Positions 47,959-60,908 of a DNA stretch of 64,000 nucleotides are shown here, piece after piece. The notes under the pieces were generated by a model. It saw only the letters and a list, made by a program, of their open reading frames with translations, was not told where the DNA came from and searched no databases. Source of the DNA: Nemertoderma westbladi (taxonomy: Eukaryota; Animalia; Xenacoelomorpha); NCBI GenBank assembly GCA_032718475.1, contig JAUCBJ010000160.1:1-64000 (forward strand). Reading direction: 5' to 3'. The position numbers were made by a program, and so were the translations under genes. Numbering within the stretch: position 1 is the first letter of the stretch; each line of letters starts with the position of its first letter.

Positions 47959-47985
47959 AAACCACAAAGAGGAATATATTCTTAC

Positions 47986-48205
47986 CCGAATATTTATAGC
48001 TCACTATATCATCTCCTTCCGGATCCTCGAATGCCCCAGTGCAGTTGATTCCGTGGAAGAATTGGTTATCGAACTCATTACCCGGACCCGTTAACTCATT
48101 CATTAACCTCTGGTCCGATTGTGAAACTAAACAAATCTCGCAGTTCGTTATGTCCAAAGGTTCTATTGGGATTCGTGAGGATTTTAACTGTGGCGGTTTA
48201 TTTAC
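47986..48205 (-). CDS. Exon of the polycystin-1/REJ-like host gene
   Basis: ATTTAG| ... G|GTAAGA; 220 nt, phase 0 to 1; VNKPP...C...GINCTGAFEDPEGDDIVSYKY fits REJ motifs NxPP and CxxxxD....Y. Confidence 0.8.
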
Positions 48206-48849
48206 CTAAATATATAAATGATGATAAATATATTATCAACTTTTCAAACCACGTCACACAGTCAGGGAGTACTTTCTGAATGGTCTCAAACAGGTCAATA
48301 TCTGAATTGATTAAAAACTGATTAAGCCTCTTTAATATGTATTTATCCAGTATTATAAATTATCGATTTAATTCCATTTAAATGCAATGTTATTATTAAT
48401 GTCATGGAACATGGAAACATTTTGTCAAACTTGTTAACGACTTTGACAAAAAAAGTGACTTACAGTCCAACAAATAAATATAATATAATGCTTAATTACA
48501 TTGTATTAACTATCAATTATTGCATCAGTTACAATGTTGTTATGCACTTTTATACTTTGAATAAATTATTTCTATAAGAGGGTCGCAAACAGGTTGTGTG
48601 TCCTTAACAGTTGCAGAGTCGTCGTTGAGAACAGGTTGGCAAAGTGAGCAACGACGTCCAGGTGGGATCGAACTGGTGATCTCCATGATGAAGTCTGTTG
48701 TAGCGAGTGGCAAAGAGACGGCTAAGTAGGCCTAAAGTATGTTTGGGCACAGCGTTAGCAGATGATGGTTTGACAGATGGGAGGCCATGAGGAGGTAAAT
48801 TGCGGACATACAAGGTATCAGGTAGTATTTCCAGGTCTATCTTTTACAT

Positions 48850-48920
48850 GAGCGGGTAGCTGAATGGTTCGAGCGTCAAACCTCCAACCTGGAGGTCACC
48901 AGTTCGAATCCACCTCATTG
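48850..48920 (+). mobile_element. tRNA-derived SINE head / tRNA relic
   Basis: A box TAGCTGAATGG and B box AGTTCGAATCC at tRNA-like spacing; no full cloverleaf. Confidence 0.55.
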
Positions 48921-49135
48921 TCAACTATGGAAAGCTGTTCCCAACCACTCAAAGTAATAATAATTTGAAACCACTCATTAACAAGATACAAATTATAACT
49001 ATTGTAGGCCTGTCTATCACATCAACTGAGTGCGTCTTATATGTCCAGATATCATGCCTACAGACTATCTGTCAGATCAACACTCTCTTTTGATATAAAA
49101 TAACCATCACGCCTACAGTAGTATAAGTGTCTCAC

Positions 49136-49269
49136 CTTTATAATCATTGTAGTAACTCCAATCCTTTTAAACGGATCGTCGGACGGCTTAACTTGAACTG
49201 ATAAACTAAAGATTTCGTTGTGATCAGTATCTTCTTGTGTAAACGTTGCAGCCCCAATTGAAACATCGT
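49136..49269 (-). CDS. Exon of the polycystin-1/REJ-like host gene (first one recognised)
   Basis: GTGTAG| ... AAG|GTGAGA; 134 nt, phase 1 to 0; ...IFSLSVQVKPSDDPFKRIGVTTMIIK joins to VNKPP. Confidence 0.75.
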
Positions 49270-49364
49270 CTACACATAAAGGAATTAAACTGATTAAACC
49301 GTCGTGCTAAGCCCGATGAACTGGGGCTTTCGCAATTCACCCCCTAACGTCAGATAGAGGAACT

Positions 49365-49830
49365 AATAATAATAATAATAAAAATTTATATAGCGCCTTT
49401 TAACGTGATGATCAAAGGCGCTGCACTGCACAAAATTTAACGATTTAAAATTTTAAAAACATTAAAAAGTATTGCTTTACAAAGAGATCGGTCATTAATG
49501 AATTTAAAAGTTTAAAAACACGCTGAGAAACTTAATTCCCGTATTGCTTTATGAAGAGATGGGTTTTTAGCTGAGCCTTAAACGAATCAAGAGTGGGAGA
49601 GTCTCTGATTTTCGAGGGTAGTGAGTTCCACCGAGTGGGAGCTGCAAAGGAGAACGACCGTCTACCATAATAGGTAAGTCTACACGTTGGAATGCGTAAC
49701 AGTCCAGCACCACTTGTTCTTAAGGTACGATATGGTTCATATCGATCCAATAATTCGGCCAAGTAACTTGGAGCCAAATGATTAACGCACTTATATGTTA
49801 GTAGTGCTATCTTATACTCGATCCTCGAAC
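49365..49830 (-). mobile_element. 3' fragment of an L2/CR1-group LINE
   Basis: RIEYK..APSYL..RSFSFAAP.RWNSLP..FK..LKTHLF C-terminus; 3' stem-loop AGCGCCTTT...AAAGGCGCT; (TTA)n tail. Confidence 0.85.
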
Positions 49831-50189
49831 TGTAAAAGTCAGTCTGTGTGTAGGTTTTCTAATTAAGCAATGCTCACAGGTTACTACTACCAAATTTCAG
49901 ATGAATCTGGTGGTTGGTTCTATTAATAATTACAGCTACTTTTACGTTTCTGTCAATTCGCCCTCTAGCGGCAGACAGAGGAATTATAGAAGTCTGCCTG
50001 TGTAAAATTTCTGAACTTTTGATAGATTTTATCCATGATTGACCGCATTATTAGAGGTTCAAAAATTATAGGCAGAAACTCGGTCACAAACTAATAATAG
50101 CTGCATGAACCGGAGTAAAGCTCCAGGGATAACAATTAACAGTGCTGAATAATGTAATTGTTTTCTTTTGAATTAATTAATTTACCCTC

Positions 50190-50294
50190 ATGCATCTCAA
50201 CTGGTCTGATAGTAACTGTACCGGTAGTATAGTTTAACCTTAATAAATGCATCTCAACTGGTCTGATAGTAACTCTACCGGTAGTTTAACCTTA
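50190..50294. repeat. ~58-bp tandem duplication
   Basis: ATGCATCTCAACTGGTCTGATAGTAACT.TACCGGTAGT..TTAACCTTAA occurs twice. Confidence 0.85.
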
Positions 50295-51707
50295 AATTAT
50301 TCACATTTCACTGTTAGTATTTGTCAACAATTTAAATTTTTCTAAAAAATTCCAATCTGAGGTGGGGGGTGGGGTGGTGATTCTTTTGATTCAGCAAAAA
50401 TTAATCCATTACAAATAAATTAGGGACAATGTTTACGTTGTCCATACAGTGCAGTGCTTTAAATGCTTCACAGTACCTCCCTTTTGGTATTATTCACTCT
50501 ATTGTATGGTATTGTATGCTGGTTCAGCCTATTGATAAAATCACCTTTCTCTGGGGTAAAATGGAGTGAACTTAACAACTAAACAACGACTTGAAAAACA
50601 CGAAGTTGTTCTCTAAAATAGTTTACCATGGTTCAGGACTAGAAATAATCATAGAAGTTTCCCCAGCCCGTAACAAGTGCGTACCCGGGTATAAATAACA
50701 ATAAATAAACAACCGATTAGAGTGATTGTTTACATTTCTTTCTGACACAAATTCATTTTTATATATATTATTATATAAAAGCTTAAAAATATGTCCAACT
50801 ATTATGTAATACGGCTGGTCATTCTTTGGTCAATGGTCATTCTTTTCCTCGGCTAACAGCTTGACTTCTAATTTAAATAATTTCACGTCATTCAAACAAT
50901 AGAGATTAAATTGTTTTCTTTAGAAGATTTTATGGCAACAATTAATTATTTTTTTTAGCATAGCTAGTCGAGTACCGTACTTATTACTGTTTCTATAGAA
51001 AGTATTCTAGAACAGGTTAGCTATTTACTATGGAAAAAATAAATGTTCTAGGACAATTGGGACGATATATTAACTAACAGAAATGGGATTTCCATAAGGT
51101 CAAGTTCCCACCCCCTGTCTCATCTTCATACCATTTTCGTATATTGCTCATGACGACTGTATTTTATCTACTTGTCTTTTACATTATGTAAAATTAAAAT
51201 AACCAGTGCAGTACCGGTAGCTGCTTTTGGAGTTTTTATTTAAGCTCATGGTGGTTGTCGTTTTTGTCTCAATGCAATTATATATGACTTGGTAATTTGT
51301 TGGTATTGACAACGTAATATAAATTCAGATGACGTAGAAACAATTAGCATTACTAAAAAATGCTAATTAATTATCTGTCGAGAAATTATTATTATAGGGA
51401 CAGGATACTCCAACGAAAACAATAAACGTGAGTGAATATCACATGTTACCCCCCCCCCCCCCCCCATCCCCCATCTGGTAAAATTTGACTTTAAATTATT
51501 GCAAATTTTTTAGGGGTAGTATAATGCTTGATTAATCGGATTAGGCCTAGGCCTATAGCTGTATAGTCGATATTATGAATATCGTGTAAACCAAAGTACA
51601 AAAACATCTCGAGAAATACATAGGAATTTAATTTCTACAGCAGATGTTGAGAAATATTAATAATGAACAATAGTTAGTTAAACAAGCACCTCCACCTCCT
51701 ATGTGAA

Positions 51708-52130
51708 CTATGCAACACTGCCGGCGTTACTAGCTATCCTAGGCCACAGTTCCGCGCACTCCTTAGCTACTGGCCCAGTTATAGCGGAACCCTTCATCTC
51801 CCCCTTATTGTTCACAATAACACCCGCGTTGTCCTCAAAGTATATAAATAGTCCCGCCTTTCTGCGGAAGGGTTTCCGCTGTCGGATAACCACCGCGGGT
51901 AGAACTTTCTTCCGGAGCTCCGGTTTACCCTTCTTTACGGTCGCGAGCACCATGTCCCCGGACGCGGCCGCCGGCATTCTGTTCAACCGCCCCCGGATTC
52001 CTTTCACAGATATTACGTAGAGGTTTTTGGCTCCCGTGTTGTCAGCGCAGTTCATTACCGCACCAACTGGGAGCGCCAAAGACATCCTGAACTTCGCGCC
52101 GGTACCGGCTCCTCTGCCCCTCTTCGACAT
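51708..52130 (-). CDS. RPL23: 60S ribosomal protein L23 (uL14), intronless CDS
   Basis: 140 aa, [84 protein letters not shown]. Confidence 0.98.
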   Translation of the reverse strand: MSKRGRGAGTGAKFRMSLALPVGAVMNCADNTGAKNLYVISVKGIRGRLNRMPAAASGDMVLATVKKGKPELRKKVLPAVVIRQRKPFRRKAGLFIYFEDNAGVIVNNKGEMKGSAITGPVAKECAELWPRIASNAGSVA

Positions 52131-52257
52131 GATTAGTGGTTAGGTTGTAGGTGGATGTACTGCTGTAGCTGTACTGATGTATGTATTGTATACTGGTATA
52201 GGCAGATAGAGCAAACGTAGTGCAGTACGTACCGGTACCAGAAGTAAAATAAAAACC

Positions 52258-52267
52258 AGAAGAGAGA
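52258..52267 (-). promoter_or_regulatory. TCT/5'TOP-like start motif for RPL23
   Basis: TCTCTCTTCT ~130 nt upstream of the ATG; polypyrimidine initiators are typical of metazoan ribosomal-protein genes. Confidence 0.5.
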
Positions 52268-52599
52268 TCAGGATGTGCTGGTATTGCAATCATTAACCAG
52301 TAGGCCCTCTGCCCATTTACAATTGAGGTGTCGTTTCGGCCTTCCCATAGGGTTAATATTTTAAATTAATATTTAAAAAATAACCGAGTGATTCCCCGAA
52401 CTTATATATTTTATTCTAAGTTTATTAGGAGGTGGAGGAGGGGGTGGTAACCTAAACGGAATTTTAATTTACTATGAGAACAATGTCCCGTTTATAAGTG
52501 AGCATATAATTAATGCTGTGAACCCTCGGTAACTTCCTGATGTACAGTTCAGTATAAACCATCAGGAATTAGGATTCCCCTGCTCTAAGAGCCCAAGGG

Positions 52600-53400
52600 A
52601 CTGGCATATAACAGTACGGCTACTGGCTCTACTGCTGCCTGGTATAAACTTACTTTCACAGGTCTGATTTCAGGTTATTTCCACTCCCTTGATAGTTTAT
52701 TAAATGTAGACCATACCTTGCCCATCTAAGATCCTGCAGTCTATGTAGCAGAAGTCAAGCATGACTAAACAGGCCATACAATGACTGACGGTGGACAGAC
52801 TTACTTTCTGGTGTCTGACTGGTGATAGACTTAGGTTTTTTCACAAATTGACCAACATCGGATGCTGTTTGATATAGACTGCTGAGCAGTCTTTGTGAGT
52901 CATCAAATGTTACTTATAATAAATCCAAATCATCAGCAACGTGAAGCCCATAAAGTGTATTGGTGGTTTTCCTCTATTTTTACTACCACCGGCTGTTTGT
53001 ATTTCCGTCTATACAGTATAATGTTCTTTAAGAGACATTCGCTGTATAATCCGGCCCAATAATGAAGAGAAAAGGAGCACGCGTGTCACCTTTATGGACA
53101 TCTCACGAGACTTCAACTGGGTCGGTTTCTCCATCTGATTAGAGATAAATGTTGTTAGTGTTGATTCCAGCATTTACATCACCAGAAACCCCACAAGCCG
53201 GAAGTACCTTAAACATGCGTGGACGGGAGGCACAATCATAGGCCTTAAGGAATTTTACAAAGTTGACGGCTAGATGCCTCGTAGACAATTCTTCAATGAT
53301 CCGACGAAATGAAAAAATGGGCTCCAGGGTATTTTTACCTATGAAACCCATATTGGTTGTTACGCAGGAACCTTTCAACAGAATCCTTATGCGGTTCTAC
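52600..53400 (-). pseudogene. Old decayed RTE-like reverse transcriptase
   Basis: TLEPIFSFRRIIEELS..HLAVNFVKFLKAYD, GDTRAPFLFII and VADD remnants collinear with the RT at 19871-21481; multiple stops and frameshifts. Confidence 0.75.
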
Positions 53401-56400
53401 ATTATTCTGATGAAACAGCAACCTTAACTGCAACCGAAATCAGGCAACAATACATTTTTAAATAATTAAAACGGATCAGTTTTATTAAGATTAACAGAAG
53501 GACCGATGAGCCATGAAACATCTGAAATGAACTCATTCATTTTATCCATGAACTACAGTACATATTTAACCAAAAATGAACTGAAGGAACTCCGGCAGAG
53601 CGGGCTTTGTGTTGTTATGGCAAACTCCCTAAGATAGCAGGTATTCTAACATTATGAAAATACCACCGATTTCGAATAGTGATAGACGAATGAACACAGA
53701 TTTGGTATAAAAATAAATAAAAATGATAAAACAGAACAGAACAGAACAGAACTTAACAATACTATATTTAAGAATATAACGTGTTTAAATTTTAACAAAA
53801 ATAAAATAAAATAAACCACCATTGACAATCTTGACTTTCACAATCTTAACATTCACAATCTTAACATTCACAATAGCAACGTCCCAATATCATTTATTGC
53901 ATAAATAGACATAATAGTAAAGAACATCGTAATAGGAACAGTTCCTTTAAAAATAGAAAGATTCACCCAATGAAAGAGGTTTGTTAATATTTTCCCCTCT
54001 ACTAAGAATTAAGTAGTACCAATTATTGTACCTTCAAATTGAAAACGTGAACTAAATCCATTGGTTCAGCCCATTGTCACTTTAAAGCAGTTACCATCAA
54101 AAATCGCATAAAGAACTACAGTATATAAGGCTACTGTATTTCTATTAGTAGGCCCTACTACAGTATATAACATATTGCAAACGTTATCGTATAGTTTTAC
54201 TTCAGGCCAAATACGTATATTATCCAGTGTGAAACCTCGGGTAAACCTCTCTGTGTGAAATTGGCTGTAATTCTCAAAACTTCCTATTGCAACACGAATA
54301 ACAAATTTCACCGACCAGTTGAATACCGGTAATAGCTGAGATACTAAGCTTGATAAAATATTAAGACTGACTGACAATATAGATTTGTTGATGGCGACGT
54401 TCATTACTAAACTGTATGAAGGGTAACTGTGTGTAAACTGTAGAAAACTGTACGTGGTTTGCCCTTCATTACATATCTTAAGAACATGCTAGTACACTAT
54501 TGTAGGCCTATTTATATTTTCTATTGCGCCTCTAAAGATACAGTATCATACGCTTGTCTTCAAATGCCATTGTACAATAATTAATATCGTAAATAAATAC
54601 TCCAACTGGCACCTTAAACAAATTTTCTCTACGGCAATAATAGAACCTGGCAATAATATGAGCTTACCTGACACACAGCCTTCGAAACGTAATGACTGCT
54701 AAAATATTCACTAAACTAAGAGAACTCTACTGAAATAATACAACGCAAATAATCGAACGCAAATATAAAAAAGAATTACACAAAAAATACGACATATAAA
54801 TAAAGTAACTCCCGTGATATTTCCCGACCTCTAACACTATCCCCCAGTCGCTGTTGTGAATAAATACCTCGCGTGTCCAGCCAGACAGAGTAATACAGTA
54901 GGACTTAAACTCTACCGATAACACCACTGACTAGTTTAGTAGTTAGTCAACGCGTTATCCAGAGGTAGGTAATCCGATTCTGGAACGTAAGCGAAAGAAT
55001 GTAGAGCGCACGCGTCGGCCAGGAGTCGAAGTCGGAGAAATATATACATAGTTCCGGTTCCCACGGTTACTGGTGTTGGGTAAGGCAGATGGGGTGGGGG
55101 GGGGGGGGGGGATTGAGCAAATCCCTCCTCCACGAATAATATCTAGTTTAGTCTAATTAACTATGTTAATTATTAATTAATACAAAAAAGTTAATAGTAG
55201 CAACAGCAGAATTGTAGTTTAATTTTTGGAAGCAATCAGCTGATTTTAGCGTCGACTTTCCCCAGGAGAGGGATAAATTTTGATATTGAAATTTGAATTT
55301 TGAAATAGCCCCACCCTACCTGGGTCGGAAGGGATAGTTGCAGGGACGGCAGAGTTTGATGTGGGGTTCCACGAGTGGTCAGTTGAGTTGCTCAGTTACT
55401 GGTAATTATATATTAACATCATGGGACTAGTGCCCTGAACGTCGCGAGTGAGTTTTACTCTTTACACACTGGGTCTCGACTGCCAACCAACCACCCTGAC
55501 GTCAGTTACGTAATAGACAAAGCGGCGCGGCTGCAATTCAATAGTTCAAGTAATTAAATATAAACTTCTGTTCGTTTATAGACAGCACATACATTACAGT
55601 ACCCATCGCACACTATATAAAGCAGTTACATTGTCACATCAGTGTACATCAGCGTCTGTAATACGCGACACATAAATAGGCCATACTTGTCCCGAATCGA
55701 ATTCTATACAGTAACGAAACTACAGTACAGTATAATGTACATATAAATTGGTAATGTGCGTTATCGATATGTTTGTGTCAATAAAAAACACAGACACAGT
55801 GTATGTGTTATATTTCAATTAGCCTGAAAAGTAATGCACAAATACACAGTATATTTTTATTTCACTATTTTCTATAGTACAGTATTAGTGGTTATGCAGT
55901 TATGGTAATGGCAAATGAAGAGAACAAGCAAAACAACTCAATCGTACATTCTGTACAGTAGAATTCTACATGTATAGTAACGTGCATAATACATATTAAA
56001 AAGTACAAATTAAATATTTCACAAGTTGCTTTCAAAATTTAAAGTAAATTAAAATGAATTAATAGTAATCAATTTATTAATTTCAGTAAAATGATAATAA
56101 AATAATTGAAACACTTATGATTCGTTATTTTTCTATTTCCTGTAACAGAATAATAATTCTTTTTATATAATTAATGTAATGGGTTGCTAAAAAATTAAAT
56201 ATGGAAATCAAGATTAGGGAAGAAATGGATGGCCACGAATTTATAAAATAAATTCGTGCCAATCCATCAATATTGGTTAGCATTGCGTGTCATTGTTTAA
56301 TTAATTGGAATGCGAATGTAATTATATTGCATATAAGTTATATAATATTGAATCATAATTTATATCTATCTCACACAAATATTTAACATGATTACAATCA

Positions 56401-56696
56401 AATACATCTAGATATGAAATAATAACATTTTGTTATGATTTCACAATTATTGTTATACTGTAATAATCACTTACTGTTGTGTCGGGAATGCAGGGGGTGG
56501 GGGTATCAGTTCCAGATGTATGAAGGCCAGAGAGACAATACAATAGCCTGGAGGTGGGCGTTGTAGACTAAACTGACCTATGTTTACTTAGTAATTATAA
56601 ATATACTGTACAATATCATACGTAAAAGAAATACAGAAATACAGTATTTTCCTATTTCGCGGTAATTCTATCTACTGTATAAAGAATGAAAATAGA

Positions 56697-57866
56697 CTAG
56701 GATGATGCAGAAGTGCCGGTAGTAGTAGCGGATGTGGTACTCGTATTAGTCGAAGTGGTAGTAGAAGTAGTAGAGGTGGTGGTAGCCGAAGTGACCGCAG
56801 CAATAGCCCGGGCTCTGGCAGTGGCAGAATCTGCTGGGCTCACAATCACGGTTCGTGGTTGGACCGCAATAACAGGAGTAAAGGAAGGCGCAGCTGGCAA
56901 ATACTGCATCGACAAGTTTGTCTGCTGGAGGGCAACGGATGGTGATATGGCAGCTATGTGCATATCGTGCACAGATAATATAATATCATCTGTGGCAGCT
57001 TTGCCACACTTGTACCACCCCGAGATGGTGAAACCCCCTTGCTCATTGATAGCCGTAGCCATTTTAGTTATGTTCTCACGTAGGTTATTGCTATCGAACC
57101 GTGAGCGGGGCAGTGTCAAAGCCTGACTTGACAAAAACAAATTTGTCAAACCCAAGCTCTGCCACAAATCACCATTCTCGAATGGTATCAGATGATCGCT
57201 GGTTAGAGCAACCACCACAGCAGCCAATGCCCATCCTTCTGTAGACACCTTGTCGATGCAGCAGCACTGCATCGTTGCCTTTCTCCTATCACAGAGAAAT
57301 CCGGAGCAGGTAGGTCCCACTATCTGGGGAATGTCAAACCGCAGTTTCTCCCCCACCAGGCGAAAATGGTGGTACGCCATTTCTTCCTTGGAGGACATAT
57401 CTAGAGGCAAAGAGTATAGACACTGACTTTGAACAATAGCAGGAAGTAGTGGAGAATGTGTATTTATAATAGGATTATCCAAAGAGTGGTGGAGGTAATC
57501 TCCTGTAAATATAGGATCACAGATTTGGACCACCCCTCCAAGTTTTACCTCGCGATGGAGAAATAGATTGCGAGAATGGTTAGAATCGCGGGTAAAGATT
57601 GTAAAACATAGGTCTGAATCTAGATCTCCAAGCACTACCTCCCGGTCAAAGGCTCCCTCTTTCTTGGCCTGCTTAGGTGGAGCAGACCCACCACCTCCGA
57701 ACCCTGGCATTCGCCCCACACGTACGTAGGGGAGGAGGCGTTCTACCCGGGCAATCATAAGAATAACTCCCATCAGTACCGTCTGATTAGGAACATACAG
57801 TTTCGATTGGTACCCTTGTACCACTTCTTGTATAGAAACCCGACGCCGATTGTTTATTCGATCCAT
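56697..57866 (-). CDS. Uncharacterised intronless ORF (~389 aa) with a Cys cluster and Thr-rich tail
   Basis: Long, GC-richer ORF in AT-rich DNA; first ATG at 57866; motifs CSGFLCD....CCC and INEQGGFTISGWYKCG. Confidence 0.75.
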   Translation of the reverse strand: MDRINNRRRVSIQEVVQGYQSKLYVPNQTVLMGVILMIARVERLLPYVRVGRMPGFGGGGSAPPKQAKKEGAFDREVVLGDLDSDLCFTIFTRDSNHSRNLFLHREVKLGGVVQICDPIFTGDYLHHSLDNPIINTHSPLLPAIVQSQCLYSLPLDMSSKEEMAYHHFRLVGEKLRFDIPQIVGPTCSGFLCDRRKATMQCCCIDKVSTEGWALAAVVVALTSDHLIPFENGDLWQSLGLTNLFLSSQALTLPRSRFDSNNLRENITKMATAINEQGGFTISGWYKCGKAATDDIILSVHDMHIAAISPSVALQQTNLSMQYLPAAPSFTPVIAVQPRTVIVSPADSATARARAIAAVTSATTTSTTSTTTSTNTSTTSATTTGTSASS

Positions 57867-60800
57867 CCTCACTACTGAATGAATTATTTAATCTTTAATT
57901 ACTGCAGTAATTAATGGTTATATTACTTTAATACCAAAATATTTAGTCACTTTAGAAAATAATTAAACGCATTAACTGCTTAAGTAATACATAATTTAAT
58001 ATACAGTATCTATCTAATTTAATATTTATTTGAATTATTTGAATGAACTGTTCATACTGTAGTCGTAAAATTTAATTACCGGTAGCTTACTATTTCTGAT
58101 TTCAATCTAAAATCCATTACGCTTGTACTTACACTTGTTTATAACCATTCGGTTATTTAAAGAATAAATATGAAAATTATATGACGGTTGCCGTGGGACA
58201 TTAAATTGAAACATATTTTCCACTACCGCAACAATAATATGTCAGTGGTATGTGTCACTACCAGCTAAGCCAAGGTGTACAGTACTGAATAACTAGTTCA
58301 CTTTGAGATAGGAAAATACCTAACCGGTATTAGAAGACTACTACTCAAATAAATACCGGTAATTCATTTTCTGGCTACTGTAGTTTTAATTATTTTCACT
58401 AAGAATTAACTTACCTTCAGCCAGTCAGGTATACTAAAGTTTAATTTAGTTCAGAAGCGTTTGCTGTTTGACTTAACTGGGTGTTTTAATAGGCCTACCC
58501 GCGGTATCGGAAACGCTTGACTAAACAGTTATGACTTAAAACTGAAAGTTTTTATACCGGTACTAAACATGACTGGTGAATACAGCTACAGCGGTACAAA
58601 CAGTACAGTTGACTTTTAATACTGAAAGTATTTCTGGCAATCTGGTAGCGCTATTTGAATACCAGTAACTGATATAGGCCTACTGAAACAGGGGCCTGAA
58701 CATTTATTAGTGATTACAGTAACAGCTGTCAGGCTGTACAAACAGTGGCAATTATAATACTGGAAGTATTTATGGTTGGGCTACTTAACCTCCATCTTAC
58801 CATAGTCTGATAGTAGCATAACTGATATAAGTGGACTAACAGATGGTCAGATAGTTGATGACCGGTTCCTGGTATAGGACCAAGCTGGTGGCATTTACTA
58901 CCGCGGTACTAAAAGTATTTCAGCCTGCCTGACAGCCTGGCCGTCTGATTTTGGTAGCGCTTACCGGTAGCGGTACCGGTCTGCCGGTGTAGTTGCTGCA
59001 ATCAGTAGTTACTGTATGTACAGTATCTTTTACTTTGGCGCCCAAAAGGGTTGGATTCCCGTTTTGTTTCTTAAATTTTAAGTGTTTTTAACCTGAATTA
59101 TTATTTAAGATAGGCAATTAATGAGTTTCGCTATCGGTAACATCTGTTGTCATTGTTTTACTTAGTACTACAGTCAGACAGTATCACTTGGCCAATTATA
59201 CCTGATGACAGGGGTTAACAAACAGACAAATTAATCAAACAAATAGATTGGTCATTGGTAAGAAGTATAGCGGTCGCGGACGATGTAAACGAATTCAGTA
59301 TGTCGTAATGTCGATTAGCGTACTACGTCTCATCGCTTACTCTTCGTCTCTCCGCCCATAACGATTACAGATACAGAAACAGATGATTATAGATGTTACA
59401 GATGTTATAGAAACAGATGATAGATTATTGTAACAAAGTATAACAAACAGGTTTGTTAATCACGTTTAGTTTGTTCTTGTACCTTATGCCAACCGCTACT
59501 GTCTTTCAACAATATCGTAGGTCTCCCATACAGTCAGACAGTATCTTAATAATAATTACACACATGTGGGTGGAATCACATTGAAAAGTTGTTTTACTAA
59601 ATATAAACTCATACTAGGCCTATAACTAATACCGAACTCGAACTGTAATTTAGGCCTATATTGTACTTTATGTAATAAATTTCAAGGGGTGAAAATATCG
59701 TGACAATAAATTATTAGATTTTATTAATTGATGTACGCAGTTCGGTATGATAAATGCTTGCGATACAGATAACAATTAACCTGCATATTCGATGGTATAA
59801 TGCTGTATAAGCCTATGTATTATACTGTAGGTCGACATTTATTTCGTCACTTTCCATATCTAATGAATTATTCTGTATACTGTATAAGTACTGTATTGTG
59901 CAATATTTTTCTTTCAGTGCTTAATAATCACACAGTGTTTATAAGGAGGTTGGACCTAACGTTGAACCTAACAAGGAGGTTGAACCTAACCTAAAGATTC
60001 TTCGGATGATTCTTCAACTAAATAAAAGTATATCACCAATGCTTGCAAATGGCCTGCTGATTTATTCTGCATTATAAGCTGATACCGTTAGTACAGTCTG
60101 ACAGTAGTATATAAATAAATTATTATAACACGTAATATTATTATAGTTATCATCAACATAACAAACATTAGGTCTACCGGTAATTATCTTATCAATTAAA
60201 ACTCAGTATCTATTAGCGACGGGAACAACATTTTCCCTGCGAATTACGTCGACTCAATTAGACGGAAATCAATTTATTTGAATACGCCAATAATAAATTA
60301 CAGTACGTACTGTAGGCCTACCTACTGTACCGGTAAAATTACTTTCATTATACAGTTGGTATATACTGCCTTTTAATCCTTAACTAGTTAATCTAATTAA
60401 CCTTTTACTTTACCACCATCGTTTAATCGTTTACATTAATTTTATTTACTTTTCAGATATATTCATATTTCCACGACGAACCTGTTATACAGTAAGTCTG
60501 TTGAAGATAAAGTTTACATTCTGCTTGGATCCAGTTAAGTCTGCTGTGGGACAAGCGTGGAACTTTACTGAATATATCGAATATTCAACTGAATATAAAT
60601 AAGTATACGAATTATTTAATTAAATATTGGAAATGTTTGTTTATTGTTAATGTTTATATGTTTATTGTTACTGTTTAAAAGTTTAAATGTTTATGTTTAT
60701 TGTTACTGTTTAAATGTTTATTTGTAAATGTAAATGTTTGTTTGTACTGTAGGATATTTACTTGGATCAATTGGGTTAATTTTGCCTTATTTGTTGTTAA

Positions 60801-60908
60801 TTACAATATAAAACATATATGTGTAGGCGTACTGTAAGTCTAATATTACATTAAACTATTAAATCTGAGTATCTGTGGTGAAGGGTCTAAATCCTTTCTA
60901 AAATCAAA

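Noticed and set aside
51703-52020. Plus-strand 105-aa ORF
   Set aside because: Antisense shadow of RPL23.
50100-54700. Further candidate REJ exons and a coding-like stretch at 54.0-54.7 kb
   Set aside because: Could not build phase-consistent, stop-free exons with recognisable motifs.
59943-59994. CCTAAC repeats as telomeric sequence
   Set aside because: Only a few irregular copies within a short duplication.
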